Positions 48,661 through 58,959 of a stretch of DNA of 64,000 nt are shown here, piece by piece. Source of the stretch: Myxococcota bacterium (GTDB lineage: Bacteria; Myxococcota_A; UBA9160; SZUA-336). Position numbers and translations under genes: made by a program. The notes beneath the pieces are model-generated. The model saw only the letters and a list, made by a program, of their open reading frames with translations. It was not told the origin of the DNA and did not search any database. The first letter of the stretch is position 1. Every line of letters begins with the position of its first letter. Location of the stretch: positions 704,001-768,000 of the forward strand of contig CBDFGR010000002.1 of the NCBI GenBank assembly GCA_965247115.1, in the 5' to 3' direction.

Positions 48661-49512
48661 GTGACCACAGTCGTCAGCGGAAGGACGCTTGCGGAAGAGA
48701 TTCGCAGTTCCGTGCGCGAGCGTGCGCTGGCCCTCGAGGGAGGTCCCGCGTGTCTCGCAACGGTCATCGCGGGCGACGATCCCGCCTCCAAGCTCTACGT
48801 CCGCAACAAGGGGAAAGCAGCCCGAGACTGCGGCCTCGAGTCGCGCCTGGTCGAGCTGCCTGGAGGGATCTCCGAGTCCGAGCTGATCCAGGAGGTAGGC
48901 CGCCTCAACGGGGATCCGGGGATCCATGGGATCCTGGTCCAGCTCCCCCTCCCGGAAGGGACGAGCCCCGCCAACGTGGCCGCGGCGATTCAGCCGGAGA
49001 AGGACGTCGACGGCCTCCACCCCACGAACGCGGGTCTCCTGCTCAAGAACGAGCCGTGCCTTGCTCCCTGCACACCCCTCGGCTGTCTCTTCGTCCTCGA
49101 TCGACACTCGATCCCGATCGAAGGTGCGGAGGCCGTTGTGATCGGACGCAGTGAGATCGTGGGCAAGCCCGTGAGCATGCTCCTGCTGCACGGAAACGCA
49201 ACGGTGACCGTCTGCCACTCCCGTACGCGCGACCTGGCCTCGGTCGTACGCCGGGCAGACATCGTCATCGCAGCGGTCGGCGTCCCAAAGCTTGTGAAGG
49301 GCAACTGGATCAAGCCGGGGGCCGCCGTGATCGATGTGGGCATGAACCGGCTCGATGGCAAGCTGGTCGGCGACGTGGACTTCGACGCGGCGAACGGCGT
49401 TGCGGGATTGCTGACGCCGGTGCCGGGCGGTGTGGGCTTGTTGACGATCGCGATGGTGCTGCGAAACACGCTCACCGCATTCGAGTCTCAGAGCCCCAAA
49501 CGAAGCGCGTGA
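48661..49512 (+). CDS. folD: Methylene-THF dehydrogenase/cyclohydrolase
   Basis: HGILVQLPLP, KDVDG, PCTP, GRSEIVGKP and PVPGGVG motifs. Confidence 0.96.
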   Translation: MTTVVSGRTLAEEIRSSVRERALALEGGPACLATVIAGDDPASKLYVRNKGKAARDCGLESRLVELPGGISESELIQEVGRLNGDPGIHGILVQLPLPEGTSPANVAAAIQPEKDVDGLHPTNAGLLLKNEPCLAPCTPLGCLFVLDRHSIPIEGAEAVVIGRSEIVGKPVSMLLLHGNATVTVCHSRTRDLASVVRRADIVIAAVGVPKLVKGNWIKPGAAVIDVGMNRLDGKLVGDVDFDAANGVAGLLTPVPGGVGLLTIAMVLRNTLTAFESQSPKRSA

Positions 49513-50609
49513 GCGAGGGACTCTCGCACACGCCGTTGTTCGCCCGACACCGCGAGGCGGGCGCCAAGCTGGCCCCGTTCGCCGGCTTCGAGATGCCGGT
49601 CGTCTACAACTCCATCGTCCTTGAGCACCAATCCGTCCGAAACCAGGCGGGGCTCTTCGACGTATCCCACATGGGCGAGATCCGCCTGGTCGGCGCCGAT
49701 GCTGCCGCTCTCGCGCAGCGGCTATTCACAAACGACGTCCAGAGCATGCAGCCCGGCCGCGTTCGCTACGGCATGCTGCTGGACGAGGACGGCGGGGTCA
49801 TCGACGATGTGACGCTCTATCGGGTAAGCGAACAGGAGCTGTTCTTCTGCGTCAATGCGGCGAACACGGCGAACGACCACGCCTGGATGCGCGACGTGCT
49901 GCGTTCGGCGCGGCTCGCGTGCCAGATCGAGGACGAGAGCGCCGAGACCGCGCTGCTCGCGCTGCAGGGTCCCGCCGCGATCGGCATCATCGTAGACCTG
50001 CTGCCGGACGGCGAGACGCCTCCGCGGCGCTGGCGCTACAGGCGCACGGAGCTCGCGGGTATCTCGGTGGGTATTTCGCGCACGGGCTACACCGGAGAGG
50101 ACGGGGTGGAGATCTACGTGCGTGCACAGGATGCCGTCCGGCTCTGGGATCGGCTGCTGGATGCGGGCGAGCTCACGCCGACGCCTGCAGGTCTCGGTGC
50201 GCGCGACACGCTGCGCCTGGAGATGGGCTACCCCCTCTACGGGCACGAGCTCGACCGCGCACACACGCCAATCGAGGCAAACCTGGAGCGCTTTGTCGCA
50301 TTCGGGACCGGCTTCATCGGCGAGGAGGCACTCGTGCGAGCCCGAAACTCCGGCCCGCGGCAGCTCCTCGTCGGCCTTGTGCTCCAAGGGCGCCAGGTGG
50401 CGAGAGCAGGCTTTCCGCTCCTCGCCGGGGACGCCCAGGGCATAGTGACCAGTGGCAGCTACGGTCCCAGCGTCGAGCGATCGATTGCGATGGGCTACGT
50501 TCCCGCCGAGTCGGCGCAGCCCGGAGCCAGCATCCTTGTCGAGGTGAGAGGTCGGCACGTGCCGTGCGAGGTGGTCGGGCTGCCCTTCTTCAGCAGGAAG
50601 AGAGGATGA
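49509..50609 (+). CDS. gcvT: Glycine cleavage system T protein
   Basis: [17 protein letters not shown] and [11 protein letters not shown] motifs. Confidence 0.95.
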   Translation: MSEGLSHTPLFARHREAGAKLAPFAGFEMPVVYNSIVLEHQSVRNQAGLFDVSHMGEIRLVGADAAALAQRLFTNDVQSMQPGRVRYGMLLDEDGGVIDDVTLYRVSEQELFFCVNAANTANDHAWMRDVLRSARLACQIEDESAETALLALQGPAAIGIIVDLLPDGETPPRRWRYRRTELAGISVGISRTGYTGEDGVEIYVRAQDAVRLWDRLLDAGELTPTPAGLGARDTLRLEMGYPLYGHELDRAHTPIEANLERFVAFGTGFIGEEALVRARNSGPRQLLVGLVLQGRQVARAGFPLLAGDAQGIVTSGSYGPSVERSIAMGYVPAESAQPGASILVEVRGRHVPCEVVGLPFFSRKRG

Positions 50610-51013
50610 CGGAGCACACACTCAAGTTCCCCGAGGACTGTCGATACTCGGAGTCGGACGAGTGGGTTCGCATCGATGGTGCCCTGGCTCGCATCGGCGT
50701 TTCTGATTACGCCCAGTTCGAGCTGTCGGACGTGGTGTTCGTGGAGCTTCCCGAGATCGGAGCGCGGCTCGAGGTGGGTGCGGCGTTCGGGGTGGTGGAG
50801 TCTGTCAAGGCTGTGAGCGATCTCGTGGCGCCCATCAGCGGCGAGGTCGTCGAGGTCAACGAGACGCTCGATGAGCACCCGGAGTGGGTGAACGAGGATC
50901 CGTACGGCCGCGGCTGGATACTCGCCATCGCTCCGGAGGAGCCCAACGCGATCGACGGCCTGCTGTCGGCGGAGGAGTACCGCGCCTCGGTCAAGTCGCG
51001 CGCGGATCATTGA
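50606..51013 (+). CDS. gcvH: Glycine cleavage system H protein
   Basis: VESVKAVSD lipoyl-Lys motif and NEDPYGRGW. Confidence 0.95.
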   Translation: MTEHTLKFPEDCRYSESDEWVRIDGALARIGVSDYAQFELSDVVFVELPEIGARLEVGAAFGVVESVKAVSDLVAPISGEVVEVNETLDEHPEWVNEDPYGRGWILAIAPEEPNAIDGLLSAEEYRASVKSRADH

Positions 51014-52332
51014 GCTATCTGCCGCACACCGATGACGAAGTCCGGACGATGCTCGACCGGATCGGTCTGGAGCGTAGCGAGGACCTGTTCGCCGCGGTTC
51101 CCGAGAACCTGCGACGCCGCGCCGGGCTCAAGCTCGCGCCCGAGCTGGACGAGCCTGCGCTGCTGAAATACTTCGCCGCCCAGGCCGCTCGCAACGTCTC
51201 GGTTCGGACGAACGCGAGCTTCCTCGGAGCCGGCGTCTATCACCACTTCATCCCCTCGAGCGTCGGTGCGCTGGCCTCGCGCGGCGAGTTCATGACAGCC
51301 TACACGCCGTATCAAGCCGAGATCAGCCAGGGAACGCTGCAAGCCATCTACGAGTTCCAGACCATGCTCTGCCAGCTCCTGGCACTCGATGTCGCGAACG
51401 CGTCGCTCTACGACGGAGCCTCGGCCACCGCGGAGGCGGCGCTGATGGCAATGCGCGTCACGCGGCGCCAGGTCATCTACATCGCCCAAGGCGTACACCC
51501 GCACTACAGAAAGGTCGTCGAGACGTACACGCGCGGTCTCGGCGCCGAGCTGGAACTGCTGCCCCTCGGTGAAGACGGACGCACGCAGCTCCCGAACTCG
51601 CTTCCCGACGAGTCCGCGGCCGTGATCTTGCAATCTCCGAACTTCTACGGCTGCATCGAGGACCTGGCGGCCGCTGCAGAGAAGGCGCACACCGCCGGCG
51701 CGCTGGCGATCTCCACCACCACGGAGGCGCTCGCGCTGGCGCTGCTCGAAGCACCGGGAACGCTCGGGGTGGACATCGCCTGCGGCGAGGCGCAGTCCTT
51801 CGGCGTCCCGATCTCGTTCGGCGGGCCCCACGTGGGCTTCATGGCCGCGCGGGCCAGGCTCGTTCGCAATCTGCCAGGACGTCTGATCGGCGAGACCGTG
51901 GACAGCGACGGCCAGCGCGCGTTCGTCATGACGCTGACCACTCGCGAGCAACACATTCGCCGCGAGCGAGCGACGAGCAACATCTGCACGAACCAGGCAC
52001 TCATGGCCCTGCGGGTCACGATCTTCCTCGCGCTCATGGGCAGGCGGGGCCTGCGCCGACTCGCCGAGATGAACCATGCGCTCGCGTGCTACGCGAAGCG
52101 CGAGCTGACGCTGGCGGGACTCCGACTTCCCTATGCAGCAGCCGCGTTCAACGAGTTCGTCGTCGAGGTTCCCCAGCTCGCCGAGCGCCTGCGCCGCTGC
52201 CAGGAGCAGGGCATCCAGCCAGGCGTAGCGCTCGATGAGCTCGGCGACGCAACCGACCGTCTGCTGGTCTGCACGACCGAGATGAACGATCGCGAGGAGA
52301 TCGATCGCCTCGTGCGCGAGCTGGCTGCGTGA
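51010..52332 (+). CDS. gcvPA: Glycine decarboxylase subunit 1
   Basis: [13 protein letters not shown] and [18 protein letters not shown] motifs; TTG start overlaps the gcvH stop. Confidence 0.95.
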   Translation: MSYLPHTDDEVRTMLDRIGLERSEDLFAAVPENLRRRAGLKLAPELDEPALLKYFAAQAARNVSVRTNASFLGAGVYHHFIPSSVGALASRGEFMTAYTPYQAEISQGTLQAIYEFQTMLCQLLALDVANASLYDGASATAEAALMAMRVTRRQVIYIAQGVHPHYRKVVETYTRGLGAELELLPLGEDGRTQLPNSLPDESAAVILQSPNFYGCIEDLAAAAEKAHTAGALAISTTTEALALALLEAPGTLGVDIACGEAQSFGVPISFGGPHVGFMAARARLVRNLPGRLIGETVDSDGQRAFVMTLTTREQHIRRERATSNICTNQALMALRVTIFLALMGRRGLRRLAEMNHALACYAKRELTLAGLRLPYAAAAFNEFVVEVPQLAERLRRCQEQGIQPGVALDELGDATDRLLVCTTEMNDREEIDRLVRELAA

Positions 52333-53813
52333 GCACGCCGGGGCGCAGCGGGCTCGTGTTCGAAGAGCCGCTCCTCTTCGAGCGTTCCCGGCGCGGCCGG
52401 GCGCACGTCCCGATCGCACACCCCGACGTACCTTCCGTCGACCCGGAGGTCTCCATCGGCGCTGGGCTGGTACGTCAAGACATTCCCGACTTCCCGGAGC
52501 TGTCCGAGCCGGAGGTGGTGCGCCACTTCACGCGCTTGTCGCAGTGGAACTACGGAATCGACTCCGGGCTCTTCCCGCTGGGCTCATGCACGATGAAATA
52601 CAACCCGAAAGTGAACGAGACGGTTGCCGCCTTGCCCGGAATCGTCGACGTCCACCCCCTGAGCCGGGCAGAGGACCTGCAGGGAATCCTCGCCCTGGCC
52701 TTCGAGCTCGAGCAGGCGCTCGCCGAGATCTCCGGGCTCGATCGGGTCACGCTGCAGCCGGCCGCGGGTGCGCAGGGCGAGCTGGTTGGAATGATGATGA
52801 TCCAGGCCTATCACCGCTCCAGGGGAGAGGAGCGGCGCACGAAGGTGCTGATCCCCGACACCGCGCACGGCACCAACCCGGCCAGCGCGGCGCTGACCGG
52901 CATGCAGGTCGTCGAGGTGAAGAGCAACGACAACGGCATCCTGGACCCCGACGCGGTCGCGGCCCTGCTCGACGACCGCACGTCGGCGCTGATGCTCACG
53001 AACCCGAATACGCTCGGGCTCTTCGAGACCCACGCGGAGCGCCTCGCCGAGCTCACCCACCGGGCCGGCGGATTGGTCTACCTGGACGGCGCGAACCTGA
53101 ACGCGCTCATGGGGGTCGCGAAGCCAGGGCACATGGGCGTGGACATCATGCACTTCAACCTGCACAAGACGTTCTCGACGCCCCACGGCGGCGGCGGCCC
53201 TGGGGCCGGTCCCGTGGGGGTTCGCAATCTGCTGGCGCCTTTCCTCCCGATCCCGGTGATTCAGCGCGAGCACGAGCGCTACCGGCTGGACGAGGACTTT
53301 CCACTCTCCGTCGGTCGGGTCCACGGGTTCTTCGGAAACGCAGGGGTCTGGATTCGAGCGCTCGCCTACATCCGCACCTTGGGAGCGCGCGGGCTCGGGC
53401 TGGTCACGGAGCGTGCCGTCCTCAACGCAAGGTACCTGTTGGCCGCACTCCGTTCCTCCTACCACGTCCCCCACGACCAGCCGATCATGCACGAGTGCGT
53501 GCTCAGCGACAGGCACCAACAGGCGACTGGCGTCACGACGGCCGACATCGCGAAGAGACTGATGGACTACGGGTACCATCCGCCGACCATCTACTTCCCT
53601 TTGGTCGTCGCAGGAGCGATGATGATCGAGCCGACGGAGTGCGAGTCACTCGAGTCCCTCGACGGTTTCATCGAGGCCATGAATCGTATAGCCGAAGAAG
53701 CCAGGACAGACCCGGAGCAAGTGACGGGCGCACCGACCCGGCCGATCGTGCGCAGGCTGGACGAGGTGCGAGCCGCCCGCAAGCCGAAGCTGCGCTGGAT
53801 GCCGGAGGATTGA
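52329..53813 (+). CDS. gcvPB: Glycine decarboxylase subunit 2
   Basis: PLGSCTMKYNP and NLHKTFSTPHGGGGPG motifs. Confidence 0.96.
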   Translation: MSTPGRSGLVFEEPLLFERSRRGRAHVPIAHPDVPSVDPEVSIGAGLVRQDIPDFPELSEPEVVRHFTRLSQWNYGIDSGLFPLGSCTMKYNPKVNETVAALPGIVDVHPLSRAEDLQGILALAFELEQALAEISGLDRVTLQPAAGAQGELVGMMMIQAYHRSRGEERRTKVLIPDTAHGTNPASAALTGMQVVEVKSNDNGILDPDAVAALLDDRTSALMLTNPNTLGLFETHAERLAELTHRAGGLVYLDGANLNALMGVAKPGHMGVDIMHFNLHKTFSTPHGGGGPGAGPVGVRNLLAPFLPIPVIQREHERYRLDEDFPLSVGRVHGFFGNAGVWIRALAYIRTLGARGLGLVTERAVLNARYLLAALRSSYHVPHDQPIMHECVLSDRHQQATGVTTADIAKRLMDYGYHPPTIYFPLVVAGAMMIEPTECESLESLDGFIEAMNRIAEEARTDPEQVTGAPTRPIVRRLDEVRAARKPKLRWMPED

Positions 53814-53814
53814 G

Positions 53815-55374
53815 TTGTCGCCAACGCTGCGCCTGGTGGCGGTGGCGCTCGCTTGCGCGAGCTGCGCAGTCGTACAGCGTGAGAAGCCCGGACTGTCCGA
53901 CAGCATCGAGCATGAGAAAGCGCTGACTGCGGATATCCACCGGCAGATCCGCGACAACGCCCCCCTCGTGAGCGATCCCGTGCTGCTGGACCTTGTGTAC
54001 GAGGTGGGGGACCGGATTGTCGCCGTCACCGAGCCCCAGCCGTTCATCTACCGCTTCTTCATCATCGAAGACGACTCCCTCAACGCATTCACCATCGGGG
54101 GGGGCTATATCTATATTCATACGGGGACGCTCGCGCAGGTCGGTGACATTGCCGAGCTGGCAGGACTCCTGGCCCACGAGATCGCTCACGTGCGCAAGCG
54201 CCACATCGCCCGGCGAGGCGAGGGTCAGAACGTCGCAACGCTGACCACGCTTGCGAGCCTCGCGGCCGTGGCACTCGGTGCGGACCCCGGTGTCATCATC
54301 ATCGCGCAGGGCTTGAATGTCTCTCTGCAGCTCAAGCACACACGAACACACGAGGCAGAGTCGGATCGGGAGGGGGTCGGCTACCTGATCAAGGCTGGCT
54401 ACGACCCGTACGGAATGCAGCGTTTCTTCCAGCGCATCCAAGAGGCCTACCCGAGCCACGGCAACGAGATCCCCACCTACCTGTTCTCGCATCCGGCCAT
54501 CGATGAACGCATCGCGAGCATCCCGCTGCTCGTGGAGCGCAATGGCGGCGGGGCGGGACTGCAACGCGAGGATGTACGCCTCGCAGACATCCAGGCACGC
54601 CTGGCAAAGCTGAGCGAGCCGGTCGTGGGGGGATCCGGATTGAAGGCCCGAGCGGAATTTGATCGAGATCTGAGCGACCCGCTGCTGGCTCGTGCCAGCG
54701 ATACGCAGACCGATGAGCGCGCCCTCGATTTGCTGGGCCAGGCTGAGATCCTGGAGCCGAATGACCCCCGCATCTTCCTGCAGCGGGCAGAGATCCATGA
54801 GAGACGCGAGGACCTCGAGGCAGCGCTCGCGGATCTCGAGCGCGCCTTCGAGCTCGACCCCAGTACTCCCGTCGTTGCCCAGTCGCTCGGGCGCCTCCAC
54901 AAGAAGCTGGGTAATCCCTCGCGTGCGGTCCTCTACATGGAGCTAGCGATCGCCAACTATCGACCGGGCAGCCGGAAGCGCCAGCTCGCGGAGCTCGAGG
55001 TCGAGCGCATGGAGTTCCCGCTGCTCGAGAGCAGCACATTCTCCCGCCTGGAGCAGGGGGACGACGCGCTCGAGGATCACGGCGTGGAAGCGGCCCGCTT
55101 CACGCGGGGCGACGCGATCGTGTGGACAGGACGCGTCAGCGAGCGCTTCGATAAGCGGACCCCGCCCATCGAAGTGAGCTGGCGCTCGCCATCGGGTGAG
55201 GTCGTGTTGCACGAAACAGTGCGACCGAAGCGCAAGCGTACGGTCACGTCGACCTTCGACTCCACCGACGCCGAGCTGGGACAATGGACACTCGAGGTCG
55301 CCGTGGGAGAGACCTCGGAGGAACAGCTCTCGTTCGAGCTCGTAGAGGCCGACTCGCAGCGCCACGGCGCCTAG
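53815..55374 (+). CDS. M48 metalloprotease lipoprotein with TPR repeats and a C-terminal beta domain (BepA-like)
   Basis: NAF..GG, HEIAH, EAESD and SHP....R motifs; TPRs. Confidence 0.88.
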   Translation: MSPTLRLVAVALACASCAVVQREKPGLSDSIEHEKALTADIHRQIRDNAPLVSDPVLLDLVYEVGDRIVAVTEPQPFIYRFFIIEDDSLNAFTIGGGYIYIHTGTLAQVGDIAELAGLLAHEIAHVRKRHIARRGEGQNVATLTTLASLAAVALGADPGVIIIAQGLNVSLQLKHTRTHEAESDREGVGYLIKAGYDPYGMQRFFQRIQEAYPSHGNEIPTYLFSHPAIDERIASIPLLVERNGGGAGLQREDVRLADIQARLAKLSEPVVGGSGLKARAEFDRDLSDPLLARASDTQTDERALDLLGQAEILEPNDPRIFLQRAEIHERREDLEAALADLERAFELDPSTPVVAQSLGRLHKKLGNPSRAVLYMELAIANYRPGSRKRQLAELEVERMEFPLLESSTFSRLEQGDDALEDHGVEAARFTRGDAIVWTGRVSERFDKRTPPIEVSWRSPSGEVVLHETVRPKRKRTVTSTFDSTDAELGQWTLEVAVGETSEEQLSFELVEADSQRHGA

Positions 55375-56522
55375 TGGATCGGCCCACGGCGGCCGCCTAT
55401 GCGCGACACGCTGGCGAGTGGATCGCAGCGCGCGGACCCAGCCCCCTGGCCACGAAGCGTCTCGAACGCTTCGCCGCCAGGCTGCGCCGGGGAGCGCGAG
55501 TCGCGGACCTGGGTTCCGGCCCCGGCTGGTACGCGGAAATCTTGCAGGCGGGTGGCCTTGCGAGCGTCGCCCTCGATCTCACTCGCGAGATGTTGCGCGA
55601 GGCAGGACGCAGGTATCCCCACCTCCCGCGCGTGCAGGCGGACCTCGGCGCCCTGCCCTTCGCCCGCGGCTCGTTCGATGGCGCCTGGGCCATCAACTGC
55701 CTCTCTCATCTCTCGGCGGCAGAGCTGCCGCTCGCGCTCGCCCACCTACACCATTCGCTCCGTGTCGATGGCTTCATCGAGTTCACCCTGGTCGATCTCG
55801 AGACTGTTGACCCCACGGCGGACGAGCTCCGTCGCGGCACAACGCAGCGCCGCTTCGACGACGACCGCTTTGGCGGTCGGCTGTTCACCGCAGTCACAAA
55901 GGACCGCGCGCGGGTGCTGCTCGAGGGCGCTGGCTTCGACCGGATCCGGATCGAGCGTCCCGAGCAGCGACCCGTCTGGCTCTGGATCCGGGCGCGCAGG
56001 AGCTACACGCTCCCCGACTACCGACGCCCCGGTCTGGACTTGCTCGTCTGCGGGCTAAACCCGTCTCTCCGCGCGGCCGAGAGTGGGATCCCGTTCATCA
56101 CGGGGAGCAACCGCTTCTGGGCCGCCGCCACGAAGGCAGGGCTTGTCGGGCGCGAGCGCGATCCGTGGGATGCGCTCCGAAGGGGCCTGGGATTCACGGA
56201 TCTGGTCAAGCGCCCGACGCGAGGTGCGAACGAGCTCACCGTCGCCGAGTACGCCGCGGGCCTTGAGCGGCTCCGGCAGCGGGTCGGCGAGGAGCGACCG
56301 GGGGCAATCTGCTTTGTGGGTCTGGACGGTTGGCGGCGTGCCGTCGATCGCAGTGCCGAGCCCGGCTGGCTCGCGGATGGAGTCGGAGGCCGCCCGGCGT
56401 ACCTCATGCCGTCCACTTCCGGCCGCAACGCGCAAACGGACCTGACCACGCTGACCCGCCACCTGCGTCGCGCGGCGCGCGGCTCGAATCCTGGAGGCCA
56501 GCGGGCCCGCAACGACGCCTAG
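55374..56522 (+). CDS. Class I SAM methyltransferase fused to MUG/TDG-family uracil-DNA glycosylase
   Basis: N-terminal VADLGSGPG; C-terminal CGLNPS, NRFW, TDLVKRPT and MPSTSG. Confidence 0.82.
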   Translation: MDRPTAAAYARHAGEWIAARGPSPLATKRLERFAARLRRGARVADLGSGPGWYAEILQAGGLASVALDLTREMLREAGRRYPHLPRVQADLGALPFARGSFDGAWAINCLSHLSAAELPLALAHLHHSLRVDGFIEFTLVDLETVDPTADELRRGTTQRRFDDDRFGGRLFTAVTKDRARVLLEGAGFDRIRIERPEQRPVWLWIRARRSYTLPDYRRPGLDLLVCGLNPSLRAAESGIPFITGSNRFWAAATKAGLVGRERDPWDALRRGLGFTDLVKRPTRGANELTVAEYAAGLERLRQRVGEERPGAICFVGLDGWRRAVDRSAEPGWLADGVGGRPAYLMPSTSGRNAQTDLTTLTRHLRRAARGSNPGGQRARNDA

Positions 56523-57797
56523 CAGGCTGCGGAGAAAGTGACTGGTTGAGGGGTGGTCCTTCCGACGAGGGGGTTCACCGGCCGAGGGGCGGGGCGCGAT
56601 TCCCGGTTCGAACCGGTCTTGGGCTCCGCTGATCGCGGGGCGGTTTCGCACATGACCTACGTGGCCTCCAGCAGCTTGCGGATCCGGATCAGGTTGTAGG
56701 CTGCGGCCGTGAAGGTGAAGACCCAGCCGACCCGATCCGTGCCGCGGTGTCGGGTCTTGCGCATCAGCCCCACGGTCTTCATCCAGCCGAAGACCTCTTC
56801 CACCCGTTTGCGAAAACGCTGACTCAGTTCGTAGCCCCGGTGGCGCGTCGTCCGCCCGTCGATCGCGCTGCGTCGATTCGTCGTGTTCTGCGCCACGTGT
56901 GGGGTCACGCCCAACTCTCGAAGCTCTTCCACGAACCCCTTCGTGTCGAAGCCCTTGTCTCCGCCCAATGTCCTCCGACGCCCGCCTCCCAGACCTTCCA
57001 CCATCTCGAGCGCCGCTTCGCGCTCCGCATATCCCGACGCCTGCGTGAGCTTCGCCGCGACCACCAAGCCGTTCCGGTTCTCCGTCACCACGTGTCCCTG
57101 GTACGCGAGTCGGGCGCCTTGGCCTCTCATACCGGCGAGTCGTGCGTCGGGATCCGTCGTCGACGCATGCGTCTGGTTGCTCCGCTTCTCGCCTCGGAAG
57201 TTCACCGTCGGGTTGCCCGGGTCATCGTCGTCTCTCCGTTCCTCGTCCTTCCGTACGAAGCTCTTCTGGCTCGCCCACGCCTCGATCAGCGTCCCGTCTA
57301 CCGTGAAGTGCTCCAACGACACCCATCCCTCGGTCTCGGCCTGCTCCAGCACTGCGTCGAAGAAGTGCTCGGCAATCTCGCCCTTGAGCAGCCGGTCTCG
57401 GTTCTTCGTGAACACCGTGGCGCTGAACACCACCTCGTCAAGCTCCAGACCCACGAACCAGCGATACAGCAGGTTGTACTCCAGCTGCTCCACCAGCTGC
57501 CGCTCGCTCCGGATGGTGTAGAGCACCTGCAGCAGCAGGGCGCGCAGCAGCTGCTCCGGGGGCACGGACGGGCGCCCTACGCCTCTGGCGTAGATCGCGT
57601 CGAAGCGCGGCGATAGCCGCTGCAGCGCCGTGTCGACCATGCGCCGCATCGCTCGAAGCGGATGATCATCCGGAATCCGCGACTCCAGCGACACGTAGCT
57701 GAACATCCCGCCCTGAAGCGTCCCCTGTCCTCTCACGCCTCCCCCTTTGGGGCTCGCTCCCAAGGTACCCTTCGATGAGGAGTTTTTCAGCAGCCTG
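56523..57797 (-). mobile_element. IS5-family insertion sequence, 1275 bp, with CTAG target duplication
   Basis: Terminal IRs CAGGCTGCGGAGAAA and CAGGCTGCTGAAAAA; CTAG at 56519-56522 and 57798-57801. Confidence 0.9.
56657..57736 (-). CDS. IS5-family DDE transposase
   Basis: HPLR, GRPSVPPE.LL, SERQL, VDGTLIEAWAS, DKGFD and RKRVEEVFGW motifs; GTG after GGAGG. Confidence 0.92.
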   Translation of the reverse strand: MRGQGTLQGGMFSYVSLESRIPDDHPLRAMRRMVDTALQRLSPRFDAIYARGVGRPSVPPEQLLRALLLQVLYTIRSERQLVEQLEYNLLYRWFVGLELDEVVFSATVFTKNRDRLLKGEIAEHFFDAVLEQAETEGWVSLEHFTVDGTLIEAWASQKSFVRKDEERRDDDDPGNPTVNFRGEKRSNQTHASTTDPDARLAGMRGQGARLAYQGHVVTENRNGLVVAAKLTQASGYAEREAALEMVEGLGGGRRRTLGGDKGFDTKGFVEELRELGVTPHVAQNTTNRRSAIDGRTTRHRGYELSQRFRKRVEEVFGWMKTVGLMRKTRHRGTDRVGWVFTFTAAAYNLIRIRKLLEAT

Positions 57798-57813
57798 CTA
57801 GGGGCAATGCGCC

Positions 57814-57819
57814 TATACT
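57814..57819 (+). promoter_or_regulatory. -10 box TATACT upstream of selC
   Basis: 10 bp before the mature tRNA 5' end; no clear -35. Confidence 0.5.
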
Positions 57820-57829
57820 CGCCCGACGC

Positions 57830-57928
<99 letters not shown>

Positions 57929-58047
57929 CGAGAAGGCCGCTCCGGTCGTTAGAGCACACAGAACACGCGGAGCAGCCGTTTCAGAGTCCTCCTATTTGTC
58001 ACGGCTGTGTCACGGGGTTCTAATCCCGTCGGTCAAGAGGAGAAGCC

Positions 58048-58311
58048 GTGAGAAACGCCGCGCGCGTGGAGATCGAGGAGCGGATCTTGGAGTGGCAGGC
58101 GCAACTCGATTACGAAAAGAGCCGCGACTGCTGGAGCGGCAAGGAGAACGCCAAGATCATGCTCGCCGCTCACTACCGAGTGTACTTCGATCTGTTCCGC
58201 GAGGACTTCCGAGAGCTCCAATCCGAGGCGCTTGGCGAAGAGATCAAGCCGAACGGTAAGGACCGACCGACGCCTCCCAACACCGTCGGTCCAAGGAGCC
58301 AGAGTGAGTAA
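58048..58311 (+). CDS. Hypothetical phage-like protein
   Basis: GAGGAG RBS; coupled to the next ORF. Confidence 0.6.
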   Translation: MRNAARVEIEERILEWQAQLDYEKSRDCWSGKENAKIMLAAHYRVYFDLFREDFRELQSEALGEEIKPNGKDRPTPPNTVGPRSQSE

Positions 58312-58627
58312 GCTAGAGCTAACGCTAGCCATCACATTCTTTTTGGTAGGCGTCTCGATGATCTATGCCGCGGAGCCCAAGGTCATAGATGAGGGCGTGA
58401 TTTTTGACGCAGACACCATCGGCTTCTACACCATCACGCCCCCGATCAATCCCTGCACCGGAAAGATAGACGAGAGGGACGACGCAGGGTGGGCGGAGTG
58501 GAGGAGCACCTCGGGGAAGATGTGGCTCGTTTGCTTGCGAGACCCGACGCCTGTGACTGGTGGGCTTCCCTACTGGGAGTTCTTGGAGCCGACGGGTACA
58601 GACCCAGCGGGTCAGGAGGGAGAATGA
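58304..58627 (+). CDS. Hypothetical exported protein
   Basis: GTG after AAGGAG; hydrophobic signal-like N-terminus. Confidence 0.55.
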   Translation: MSKLELTLAITFFLVGVSMIYAAEPKVIDEGVIFDADTIGFYTITPPINPCTGKIDERDDAGWAEWRSTSGKMWLVCLRDPTPVTGGLPYWEFLEPTGTDPAGQEGE

Positions 58628-58959
58628 GCCACACGCCTACGCCGTGGATGTATCAAGAGCGCGGGCCGCGAGAAGTAAAGCTTCTCCGGGTTCACTATGA
58701 GATCGGCTCTCAGGCAAATGGGGAAGGAATCGGACTTGCTTTTGGCGACGATGAAGTGAACGCCGAGCACATCGTCCGCTGCGTGAACTCCCACGACGCG
58801 CTCGTAGAGGCGCTGCTCGAGGCGCAAATGGAGCTGCTCCATGTCGCCGGGGGGCAGGGTAAGCCTGAGGCTGCGAAGGACATGCTCCCCCGCATCCGGG
58901 ACGCACTCAACTTGGCCGATGGACTGACGGGCAGCCAACCCGCGGGTCAAGGAGACTGA
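58624..58959 (+). CDS. Phage-type hypothetical protein
   Basis: MSHTPTPW ... NAEHIVRCVNSHDALVEAL, a pattern common in small phage early-region proteins. Confidence 0.7.
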   Translation: MSHTPTPWMYQERGPREVKLLRVHYEIGSQANGEGIGLAFGDDEVNAEHIVRCVNSHDALVEALLEAQMELLHVAGGQGKPEAAKDMLPRIRDALNLADGLTGSQPAGQGD

